Part shown: positions 1 to 11,470 of the stretch, in pieces | Position numbering within the stretch: the first letter of the stretch is position 1 | Layout of the letters: every line of letters starts with the position of its first letter | DNA from: Octopus bimaculoides | Taxonomy: Eukaryota | Direction: 5' to 3' | Length of the DNA: 64,000 nt | Assembly: GCF_001194135.2 (NCBI RefSeq) | Contig: NC_068988.1 | Coordinates: 28,193,809-28,257,808, forward strand | Notes under the pieces: model-generated | Database searches by the model: none | What the model saw: the letters and a program-made list of their open reading frames with translations, nothing else | What the model was told of the DNA's origin: nothing | Program-made: the position numbers and the translations under genes

Positions 1-271
1 ACTCTTAACGTAGTTCTCGGGGATATTCAGCGTGACACGGTGTGACAAAGCTGACCCTTTGAATTACAGGCACAACAGAAACAGGAAGTAAGAGTGAAAG
101 AAAGTTGCGGTGAAAGAGTACAGCAGGGTTCGCCACCATCCCCTCCCGGAGCCTCGTGGAGCTTTTAGGCGTTTTCGCTCAATAAACACTCACAGCGCCC
201 GGTCTGGGAATCGAAACCGCGATCCTATGACCGCGAGTTCGCTGCCCTAAACACCGGGCCATTGCGCCTCC
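1..271 (-). mobile_element. tRNA-derived SINE, family B (cut by the window start)
   Basis: Reverse complement starts ggaggcgcaatggcccggtgtttagggcagcg...ggtttcgattccc (A/B-box-like tRNA head). Near-identical copy at 62297-62591. Confidence 0.85.
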
Positions 272-318
272 ACTACTTTATGATATACGAGTATTATCAA
301 AACAATTTTAAAAAATGA

Positions 319-900
319 CTACTGTGGAAATTTATTATAGTACAATAGGATGAAATGCTTTTTATTTGAAGACAAAAAAATTCCTGCCTTTTGCAAGGAT
401 TTTTTCATCATCGAAAAGCTGCGTTCTACAACAGCTGATGTGCTTGGCATTGTATCAAATCTACATATTCCGCGGATGAAACTTTGGGGAATTATCGAAT
501 TGATTTGGTTTTTATTCAATCTAAAATCAATGTAATTCATGATGCATCAAGGGTCTTCATTTACTTTCAGTTCTTTGAGACGTTTGTAAGCATCGTAGAT
601 GCTGAAGGCTGTTGACTCAGCTTTCAAAATCAACTCTTTCAACTGCAGATTGTTCAAACAGATTTGGGTGAAGTTAGTCCTGATCTCAGGATTTCGTACA
701 GCTTCTTTCGCTCTCTGCATTAAAATGCCTTCATCCTCAAAACTCTCTACAATTTCCTGTAACTTCTGCAAGGTTCTTGGCATAGTAATTTCAGGCATCC
801 AAACAGCTGCCCCACCTGGTCACGATTGGCTGAAGTGATCGTGGTGGCAGTGGTGGTGGGTTTATCCGATTGTTTTGAATTACTATCGACAGTGTTTGTC
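319..900 (-). pseudogene. Fossil hAT-superfamily transposase fragment, C-terminal half
   Basis: Three - strand ORF pieces join across frameshifts and a stop: PPLPP..QPIVTRWGSCLDA*NYY / LQEIVESFEDEGILMQRAKEAV..AFSIYDAYKRLKEL / PSTSAVVERSFSMMKK..LLYYN. TRW and P-x-TSA-x-VERSFS are hAT catalytic and dimerisation-domain motifs. Confidence 0.8.
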
Positions 901-1144
901 TCAAGGTGGGGATGAAAGAAGGTGGAGTGTTTCTTGTGATCAAATATGGAATAAAATTGTATTTTATTCCACTCTTGATCACAACTGCCAGACGGGAACG
1001 TGAAACTCTGAGTAGCCGTTTTTTTTTTAGATGTTTTTATAGCTTTAATAAAAAAGCATATTACTTTATCTTCGGTGTTCGACTACTATTTTTTCCACCT
1101 TGTTTTGCATTTATGTGCTTACTCGCACTTACACACACACATAT

Positions 1145-1304
1145 ATATACGACGGGCTTCTTTCAGTTTTCTTCTCTCAAATCCTCTCACAAAGCTTTGG
1201 TCAGCCCGAGGCTATAGAAGACACTTGCTCAAGGTGCCACGCAGTGGGTCTGAACCTGGGACCATGTGGTTGGGAAACAAGATGCTTACCACACAACCAC
1301 GCCT
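1145..1304 (-). mobile_element. tRNA-derived SINE, family A, 5' head
   Basis: gacgggcttctttcagttt...aaggtgccacgcagtggg..tgaacc...accacacaaccacgcc matches 53620-53789 and many other copies here. Confidence 0.85.
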
Positions 1305-2279
1305 GACAGATAGTTCTTCCACATCACAGCATAAACATCTACAACGGACTTTTATTTGGCGTTTTCAATATGATGCAGAAATAGACCCTGCCATGTGTTT
1401 CATCTTAAATATTCGTAGGACACGTTATCAATAAAAACGGAATTCTACCTGTGCAAGATAAGGTGAAAGCTATTTTACATTTTCCACTACCTACATCTCT
1501 ATGGAAATTTCTAGAATTCTTCGGTCTGGTTATTTTTTATGGATATATCATTTCGCATTACACTGAGACAACTTGCCCGCTTACGGAGTTATGATATAAC
1601 GAAAGGAAGAAAAATGCAAAAATACACCAGTGGCAATTGCAACAGCTGCGATTTTTCAACCACTGTTTTCCTACATCAGTAACGGCGGATTTTGTCTCCG
1701 CATGTAGTTGCCATTGGGTAGTTGCAACCGACAAAGCCCAAAAAGATATAAACAAGCATCTAACAATGCCAACACCACTGATGGACGATGTTCTCTGATA
1801 TATTTTTGTGTGACTTAATTTTGTACGTTTATCAGCGATACTATTTCAAGACAAATACCGCAGTTAATTTTGTATTCCGTTATATTTGTGCATCAAGTGT
1901 GATACACAGATTGCTATTTTATACTAATCCTGCTTCTGTTGCACATAACAAATCTTATAATTTGATGTTATTTATCTCTGAAATTCAGTGGAGAGAGAGA
2001 AATGATACAATGTGTGAGGTGTATGTTTTACTAAGACTAATTCATGAGATAGAGTAATATACTTTTAATTAGTAATTTAAACAGAGTGACGAAATAATTT
2101 TTTTGAGATATTGCAACTTTCGCTACATTTGAATGTCACTACCGTTATATTTGAATGCTACATGTGAAAATATAATAATGCTCCCGTGTCCGAAACTCGC
2201 ACAGTTTTATTTTACTTTTACTTAACCGAATTATATTAGTACAGATAATGGAGATAGTAACCAGAGTAGATTAAACAAA

Positions 2280-3057
2280 CACCGTATTTGTCGGCGTATA
2301 AGACGCACCGCCACTTTATTTTGTGGGAAAATGCATGTTACATCATATACTTGCTGAAAGATATTTTAAAGTGGTTTTGCGAGGATAAATCTAAGATTCT
2401 GTGCATGTAAGTACGATGTTGTGACAGAATAGTGAAATAACCTATGACACCGCAAATCTATCATAAATAAACTACATTATGCGAGTGCCATATTTCAATT
2501 TCATCTTCATCTTCTGTATAGTTGTTTATATTTTGATCAAGAGAATTACCATACAGGATGTAAAACTCGTAGTGATGTTTTATCTAACCACGATTGTCCA
2601 ATTGGATAGCGCACCACCGCTATGATTTTGTTGTCATCTACCCATTGCAAATAGCTGTCACATGTATGAATGTTTAACATTCCTTTTCACCATTCTATGG
2701 AAATATTTCATTTAAATTATTAAAATATTTCATAAGGGTAACAAGGTTTTTAAATGATGTAAGACATAAACCAGGAGTAGATTATGTGTGCTAGGGAAGG
2801 ATGTATAATGTGATGATGTGACCTTCCCAAATAACTGCTCACATACCTAAAGCTGTTTTTCGTAAGTTTGGCTTGTTTTCAGTATTTCGTTATTAGTAAT
2901 ATTTATTGTGCTTGGCAGACTTATGCACATTCAGTCCCAAGCCTTCGGCACTTGGTCTTTCCTCTGTAATACAGCCGCATTAGACGCGGGGAATTTTTGG
3001 ATACATGTACATTTAAAAAAAAAAAAAGCGCGTTTTATAAACCAGCAAGTGCAGTAC
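2280..3057. mobile_element. Decayed Tc1/pogo(Tigger)-like DNA transposon remnant
   Basis: Left end accgtatttgtcggcgtataagacgcac resembles pogo/Tigger TIRs. A degenerate inverse (gcgttttataaaccagcaagtgcagta) lies at about 3030-3057. No intact ORF. Confidence 0.4.
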
Positions 3058-5260
3058 TTAACATGACCTTAATAGCAATCTTGTAACTCAGTCCTAATCA
3101 TTAGTTTTGAATAATACAGAACAGTGAATATATAAGATATAAAATCAGTGGTACATATATATATATATATATGCGTTCGGGATAAGAATATGCATTACAT
3201 TGGTTAAAAAGAATAGTTATAGCTTCTAATGAGCTTAGTTAATGGAAACTATTAAACTGTGCCCAAAGACTAAAACTCTGGTCAGCAAGATTACAATTAA
3301 GTTGCAAAGACCTGAAGAGTTTTAAGGTTTCGTTGACAGCCTAGTTCTGTAATGTTGTAAAAGCATCTTAAAGAAATAAAGTAAATTGGGTCTATTAGAA
3401 ACATTCGTTGTTGAACATCTTCGAAATTAGAATGACTTAATACTCATGACAACAGCACTTTTATTTCTAAGAAGGAAGTAAATGTTTATCACTTATAATA
3501 TTGATAATTTCCAACAAGAAATTACATCTCTTCCCTAAAATAAAATAATTAAAAAAAAACCTTAAGAGCCGGTGTAAGAAAGCCGCACTTTCGTACTTCA
3601 TTAAATACTATTCATTTCATCTTCAAAAGATGTAGAAAGATTTCAGTACATTCAGCGGCACCTTATGTTAGAGCGTGTCTTATATTAAGTACAAGAGCCT
3701 TAAGAATTATTCATAAAATTCATTTTCTCTTTCTGGCTAGAATATTAATTAAAATACTCAAGCAAATATATGCGATATATTGATTATAATCTTCCTCAAG
3801 ATACACCACAAATAATTGTAATCCCTTCTATTATACTTACATTAGTGTTCATTAAACTGCTTTTCATTCAAGATCAAACTGAGAAGGTAGAATTAAACGT
3901 ATAATATCTCTTCTCTGCAAATACGCACACACAAAAAAGTGCGAATAAATTCTATTGTGAACATACGTTTTGGAAACTTTTTTTTTTTAATCTTACATTT
4001 TCCTTGTCTTTCCTTCTCTCATTCTGCTTGCTAATGCAAGTCAAAATATAATTTGTCAGGGAGCTGTGTGAAAAATGAAGAATATATTTTAGTATGTCAC
4101 TGGTGTTATTATGATGTGGCTAATAACTGCGCCTGAACATAAACTGACATAACTATAGTTAAAATGAAGGTCAATGTGGGTTGAGTCATGCTTGTAAAGC
4201 CTTTAGGCTGCAACGACTACGGAAAGACGTTAGTTTCTATGTTGCTCTTTTTTTATTCGGTCTGTTTCTAGGCAAAAGGTGTATATATACATATATATGA
4301 ACGAATGTATTTTTTTCTTTAAGCATCAGATATTTTCCGACACGAAGCTACAAATTTCTTATATAAGAATAAAATTATACATGTATTGTAGAAATATGTT
4401 AAACCACACCCTATTACTAAACTACTATGGTCTACATTTGGCGTAAAAGAATAAAATAGAAATAAATTTTGTTTCAACAGATACCAATAGTAGGCCAAAA
4501 GATGCTGGTAGTATTTTTTAAAAATGAAACGAAAGAAAGTGAAAAGAAAATAATGTGTTAAGAAATCACGAGGAGATCCTCCCAGAATGTCGGCAGGGAG
4601 GAGTAAGTCCTTCCATAACAACTTGTATCTATCTCAAACAGCGAGATATTTCAGAAGGCTCTTTAAAAGATGACCGAGCAGTAGTAGAAGTTATAGTAGT
4701 AGTATTGATATGCTGGCACGTATATCGATGAATAGTTTCGACATTTAAGAAAAAAAATGTTAAATGGAAAAGACCAGGTACTCTTTAATATAATTACAAG
4801 CGAATATACAAATTTGAACCTAGAGTAAAAAAAAGAAAAATACACGAGTTGAAAGCATTTGATTAAGTAGGATGGGCAAATTGAAAGGGGGGAAAGGCGG
4901 TTAACGTTTTGGTCTGGTTAAAAAAAATTCGTTTTAGTCTCTAGATAGTTTACATTCTAAGGAAGACATCCTGAAGACAAGATGTTTAAATTAAAATGCA
5001 TAAACTGCATCCCTTTTGTATATATGGTAGTATATTCACACACAAGCATGTGCACGTATTTGTGTGAGCATGTATATAACTACGCATTTATATACACAAA
5101 TCTAAACAGATTTGTCACACTTTTGATATACCATGTCTATAATATATGCACATATACATAGACATTCGTGCATATTAACCGACACTGGAAATATGCGTAC
5201 GTGCATATAGACACGTACTTTATACATACGCATTCTTACACTCATCTGTCTCTCTCTCTT

Positions 5261-5297
<37 letters not shown>

Positions 5298-6073
5298 NNN
5301 NNNNNNNNNNNNNNNNNNNNNNNNNNNNNNNNNNNNNNNNNNNNNNNNNNNNNNNNNNNNNNNNNNNNNNNNNNNNNNNNNNNNNNNNNNNNNNNNNNNN
5401 NNNNNNNNNNNNNNNNNNNNNNNNNNNNNNNNNNNNNNNNNNNNNNNNNNNNNNNNNNNNNNNNNNNNNNNNNNNNNNNNNNNNNNNNNNNNNNNNNNNN
5501 NNNNNNNNNNNNNNNNNNNNNNNNNNNNNNNNNNNNNNNNNNNNNNNNNNNNNNNNNNNNNNNNNNNNNNNNNNNNNNNNNNNNNNNNNNNNNNNNNNNN
5601 NNNNNNNNNNNNNNNNNNNNNNNNNNNNNNNNNNNNNNNNNNNNNNNNNNNNNNNNNNNNNNNNNNNNNNNNNNNNNNNNNNNNNNNNNNNNNNNNNNNN
5701 NNNNNNNNNNNNNNNNNNNNNNNNNNNNNNNNNNNNNNNNNNNNNNNNNNNNNNNNNNNNNNNNNNNNNNNNNNNNNNNNNNNNNNNNNNNNNNNNNNNN
5801 NNNNNNNNNNNNNNNNNNNNNNNNNNNNNNNNNNNNNNNNNNNNNNNNNNNNNNNNNNNNNNNNNNNNNNNNNNNNNNNNNNNNNNNNNNNNNNNNNNNN
5901 NNNNNNNNNNNNNNNNNNNNNNNNNNNNNNNNNNNNNNNNNNNNNNNNNNNNNNNNNNNNNNNNNNNNNNNNNNNNNNNNNNNNNNNNNNNNNNNNNNNN
6001 NNNNNNNNNNNNNNNNNNNNNNNNNNNNNNNNNNNNNNNNNNNNNNNNNNNNNNNNNNNNNNNNNNNNNNNNN
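5298..6073. other. Assembly gap (N) flanked by (TA)n
   Basis: Run of N. Other gaps: 15782-15969, 16688-16813, 19360-19642, 58443-58452, 63863-63931. Confidence 0.99.
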
Positions 6074-6115
<42 letters not shown>

Positions 6116-6590
6116 TGGAATCGTACTGTGTACACATACGGACACACGCACGTGCCTGTGTGTGTGTTTACACAACACGGTTGCAGCACACATATAACAG
6201 CAAGTAATGGGGTCCACCAAGCTTGCTACTACAAGGAAGCTATGAACAAACTAATGAACAGTAGTAAAAATGGATGATAGTATCCCATAGATATGAAATG
6301 CAATTAAACGAAAGAAAGTACTCAATACTGCGAGGCATGTGTATATGTATGTATGTATGTATGTGTGTGCATGTGCGCGCGTGTATACATAATTACTTTA
6401 CCGCTATATGTATTTTGCTATGCTATAACTACTCGGTTTCTTCATTAAAAGAATCTCACGCACGAGAGAAAAGTTACTCTATTTTACCAATTAGTTATAG
6501 GCCAGCAAACCACTGCTAAACTTAAATTCAATATTACTCTGATTAATTTTTTTGATGATGATGATGTTTAATGAGTGATGGCATAGTAAG

Positions 6591-6986
6591 TTAATATTGT
6601 AAGATGATTAATGATAATAAACGGTTGCGAAGGTAATGATGTAAGTTGTGATGTAGACGATGGTGTTTACGATGATGGTTAATGATGTAAGTGATGATGA
6701 TTGTGGCAACGACTGCGAAAAGGATGATGAGTGAGGCGATATACAAAAGAGGAGTTGAGTTTAAGAATGTGTACCAAAAGATAGAGCGACCCGCCCTGAT
6801 CCACCGAGCTGGCCACACCAAAATGGGCGTTCGATGTTTATTGTCACCATCACCTAAATCAACAAACCACACTAAAGTTAATCGTTTAATTACATCTTTA
6901 AACACCTTGTCATATCTTCGTCCCTGACTCATCACAATGTGGAACAATGTGTTTGGAGGGAGAAATCTATTCAAACTCTTCTGCAT
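6591..6986 (-). other. Candidate 131-aa ORF with one hydrophobic segment; coding status unproven
   Basis: ATG-started ORF not derived from a recognised repeat. Contains LLYIASLIILFAVVATIIITYII followed by a His/Arg-rich tail. No recognisable domain. Confidence 0.25.
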
Positions 6987-7972
6987 CAGTACTAGCTAGC
7001 TTTTGACGACTGTGTTGTGAAAAATAACTTCGTTTTATTTTCCTAAATAAGAGATTTTTCTGAAATACTATAACAATATGCCGGTTATTTACAAACTTAA
7101 ATGGTTATGAGGATGATATAATTAATAATTATGTACAGCTACTATAGAGAGAAAAAAAAATGTCTCGCCATTTTAAAATTCAATTAATGCGGCTGAGAAA
7201 AATAAATTTCGCAAAAGCAATTCGAGTCACTAACATTTAGACTGACTGAGAAAATAAGGCGGTAATTTTCTGTCTCTTTAATTTTTGCCACATATTGTCG
7301 GTTTTATGTCTTCTATATAAAAAAAAAGGGTCGAGTGAAATCATTTTGCAACAGCATAACCACCGGCTTTTGAGGATCAAAAAACATCAAACCTAATGAC
7401 CCCACTTTCGTCAAACCGATTCAGCACTTCTTGAAAATATTTCTTACGACTAATATTATGGTTTGGTTGTATAGTGATAAAATACCCAGTAACGTAGTAG
7501 TTCAATGTGTCCTTTTCGCTGCACACATTACGCGAAACCTTATTGCTGTCGTTTTCTTAAATCACACATATTAACATATAAATCGTTTATCGAAAGGAAA
7601 TATGGATGTATTAGAAGTTGTTGAAGACAGACGAAGCTGTTATTTAATGTTGAGCTTATATTTTTGAACACACGTATTTCAAGAAAAGGAGAAAAAAAAC
7701 TTTCTTAAAAATAATAAAAGCGTAATGAATTGTTCTCAGTAATGAACATTTTTATTAATTTAAAAATAATATAGTAGGATGGGGTGACGGATTTTTCTTC
7801 TAGGAAATGTAAACATATAGTCAAAAATGGAATAAGAATAATGAGTGAATGTAAATTATATTTCTACTACAACTACTACTACTACTACTACATATTGTAA
7901 CAACTTAAGAAAGAAACAAGCCTCAAATCATAGCAAACATTAAGATATATATATACAGATATATATATGGCG

Positions 7973-8012
<40 letters not shown>

Positions 8013-10566
8013 TTATAATAAATAAGGTTATAAATCAGAGGGAAAAAGAGAAAAGCCGAAGGGGTGTGATTGACTTGAGTGCAGAAGCACATTGTTGTTA
8101 GTAAGACTAATTAGTTAAAGGTGATAGTGGGAGGCAGGGCTGGGTGTAAGGCGGCCGCGGAGGAACACGTACGTTAACATGAAACGGTAGTAGGAGTGAT
8201 AGGAGGAGGTGGAAAGGGCGTTACAGCGACGACAGCAGTAAGAATAACTGCAATCAGGCATTTTTCACACAGACCTCCCTCTTCATCGATGGCCTTATCA
8301 CTTCAATAACAAAATATTTGCCATATGGTGGTCATTTTTGCTGTGTGAACGGCTATTCCACACGATCTAGTTATCATGAACCCATGGCGACTGCGAAAGG
8401 TCGACAATCACCAGGGCATATAGTTTAAAGCCATCCAGAATGTGTCTCCCTGCTCCCATTAACTGTGATTTATAATTTCGTAGCTAGATACATGCTGCTC
8501 CGTTGTACTTTCTCATTTTTTTAAACATACACGAACGCATCTTTGGATTACACTTCCACATGCGGAAGTTTCACACACACACACACACACACACATTGCG
8601 TAGAAGTGGTTGTGTTATATGTATATCATATAATGCTTTATGTATTTGCCCCCAGAAAGAAAAAAAAAACAGCTTTAGTATGACAAGTTCTAAAGCAGAA
8701 TGGAGAGCTCCTTACCTGCTTTTAAATTTGAAAACCGTCTGTTGACGAAGCCCACACAAAAAGATGAAAATGGTTTAAATCTTCAAATGAAGACAGTAAT
8801 TTAATACAAGTTGCGTACCCAGGAACTTATAAAATTAGAGTCGTTTATCTCAGCAGAAATGCGGTTCCCTGTAGGTTCTTGTGCACTTGTAAATTCGCGC
8901 CTTGTTACTAGTTACCCCCATTCCTGTTCTTGAATGTTAGAGTAGGGTTAAAGAAGGAAAAGCTCTGTATGTTTAGCATATGGAATAAAAATTTAACAAG
9001 AAGCGTATGGCTTATTGCGTTACAAATTTTTTTTTTAAGTTTACGATTTTTCTAATTGCTGATGAAATCATCGAGAATTACTGGGCATAGATCTGTTAAA
9101 TATCTCCTGGGGGTCAATTTGCTCGACTAAAAGCAGTGCTCCAGCAAGGCCGCAGTCATATGACTGAAACAAGTAAAAGAAAAAAGAATAAAAGCGTACA
9201 AGTATATGACAAGTGACGATACAAAAAGATTGATACATACACATATATGGAGAAAAGTTTTTGGCAAAATTCCATGGGGGTAATATAGTTTATCTTAGTT
9301 TATCAACACTTTTGAACATAAAGCTGAGATTAGCCAATTTTGGCATAACTGATTCAATGCTGACTTATTTGACAAATAGATACTTTAATGCTTCTCTTGT
9401 TTTCTTTCTCTCTCTCTCTCTGTTTATGTGTGTGCACATATTTCTCTTTATATGTATAAGGAGAGGGAAAATTATTATATCAATCATGATCAATTAATAA
9501 ATTGCAATGCCTCTTTCTCATTCAATATGTGTATATCTCTGTATGTGTGTGTGTGTGTGTTTGCCTCCAGTGTCAAAAAGTACCAGTACCCAAACAGTTT
9601 CATTGTCCTGTCAGCCATGCCAAATCACCAACATCCAAACAGCAGGCAATTGTCTCATTCTATTGTCAAGCACATCTGAAATGTTGAGCTCTGCACAGCA
9701 ATCTAATGAAATTGCTATCAGTAAAACGGTCTTCTTAGTGCTTCCAACAGTGAATTGCTTGTTTTAATATGACTTATTTGCAGCTCAAGTTAAGCAGTCA
9801 TTGTGGTTTCTCTACATATTAGAAATGAGAGCAAAGTCTCCCTCAAATTATGCCTTACAGTCCTTACGATCATAAAAATGGAAAAAAATATATTTATATG
9901 GCCATGATTATGTAATCTTGGATACATTCTATCTTAAATTTGAATGGAGTGGCGATGTCTTAAACTCTTCTGATTACAGATCTGCTTAGTTAGAGCTGAC
10001 CTGAAATTAAACAACAATTTCTTTACAGCTAAGTGAGCAAGATCTAAAGAAATTGTAGTACTTGGTATGAGATAAAAACAGCTGACTCTATTGACAAAGT
10101 CAGCTGTGATAGTCATTAATAGAATACTAAAAAAAAATCATTTGAACTCATTCATTTGTTTTGTAGTTTTCAGTGTTTGAGTTGACTGTTCCATTTTCAC
10201 AGGTGCAGGTGTGGCTGGTTGATGTAGGCACAGGTGTAACCGTGTGGTTGAGAAGTTTGTTTTCTAACCACATCGTTCTGGATTCAGTCCCACTGTGTAG
10301 AACAGCATTTCTCAACTGGGGTTCTGCAAAAGGTTCCTTGGGTTCCATGAGAAAGATTCGTAATATTACTATACATGCACAACAAATTATTGGTTATTGT
10401 AATATTGTAATATAGACATCATCCAATCTAACTTATGTTATCAAAAAACAACAACTATTGGGGATATATTTAGTGAATTTGAACTCAATACATAAAGATA
10501 TGAAATACCCTTAAGCATTTTGCCCAGTATGTTAATGATTCTGCTAGCTCACTGCTTAAACTTTAT

Positions 10567-10620
10567 CATACATCTAAACATCAACCAATATTATTATATT
10601 GGTTGATGTTTAGATGTATG
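10567..10620. repeat. Perfect 25-bp inverted repeat with 4-nt loop
   Basis: catacatctaaacatcaaccaatat-tatt-atattggttgatgtttagatgtatg, checked base by base. Confidence 0.95.
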
Positions 10621-10769
10621 TACAATTGGGCAGACTTCAGTCTAACCACGCTAAATCAGACGGGAGTCTGATGCAGCCCTACAGCTTAGCAGCCCTGATC
10701 AAAGTGTCCAACCCATGCCAGCATGGACAACAGACGTTAAATGTTGGTGATGTAAAACATTCTACTTAC

Positions 10770-10848
10770 CAGTAGGAAATTCTACATTTTCCAAGCTATC
10801 CAACAGAAATGTGTTGGAAATGAGTTTAGAATCAGAAAGTTATGTAAT
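10770..10848 (-). ncRNA. Possible non-coding exon of an unannotated - strand transcript
   Basis: Strong acceptor (tctcctccatcttttgcag) and donor (CTG|gtaagt) enclose 79 nt with stops in all three frames. Confidence 0.3.
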
Positions 10849-11220
10849 CTGCAAAAGATGGAGGAGACTGGAAATGCAGAAATGCAATGGATTGGCTACA
10901 ATCTTAAATCTGAATAGAAAAATAACAGCCAGATCGATGTAGTTTTATGAACTACTCTCTCTGCTGGAAACCAAAAAAAAAAAAAGCTTCTCTTTTTGAT
11001 CAAAATGCAAGTTGTATGAAGCTTGTTTAATCTGTATGATAGTCTTTGGAAGTGAGACTTCTGTGAGAAAGGTGTAAATGAGGTAGGAAGGTGATTGATA
11101 GCATTCTGCTTTTGATGTTTGATATCAACGGGTCATTGAGTGCCATGAGTTGGTTGTGTAATACAAATTTCCAGGGTCGAGTCAGACTAAATTTCAATTA
11201 AGAGCCATTAATTCTAAACT

Positions 11221-11470
11221 GTGGAGACGCATGGCTTAGTGGTTAGGATGTCAGCATCATGATCGTAAAATTGTGGTTTCAATTCCTGGAACGGGCGATG
11301 CATTGTGTTCTTGAGCAAAACACTTCATTTCGCGTTGCTCCAGTCCATTCAGCTGGCAAAAATGAGTAACACTGCGTTGGACTGGCGTCCTGTCCAGCTG
11401 AGGAACACATACGCCATTGAAACTGAGAAACCGGGCCCATGAGCTTGGCTAGGCTTTAAAAGGGTGCATT
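11221..11470 (+). mobile_element. tRNA-derived SINE (family B-related)
   Basis: ggagacgcatggcttagtggttagg...ggtttcaattcctgg head, central ttgagcaaaacacttc...ctccagtccattcagctggcaaaaatgag shared with 17348-17645 and 29322-29580, T-rich tail. Confidence 0.8.

Noticed and set aside
1-271. tRNA genes at the SINE heads
   Set aside because: The tRNA-like A/B boxes continue into SINE bodies, are multi-copy and degenerate, and form no complete cloverleaf.
5102-6277. Six long ORFs of 305-372 aa in the track (also 15653-16152, 16636-16818, 19162-19709, 63772-63954)
   Set aside because: They are open only because they run through N-gaps and (TA)n.
8100-8460. Paralogy between MGAGRHILDGFKLYALVIVDL (8.4 kb) and MSQGRR..LTLVWFVDL (6.9 kb)
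   Set aside because: The similarity is short, the 8.4-kb frame stops after 30 codons, and chance cannot be excluded.
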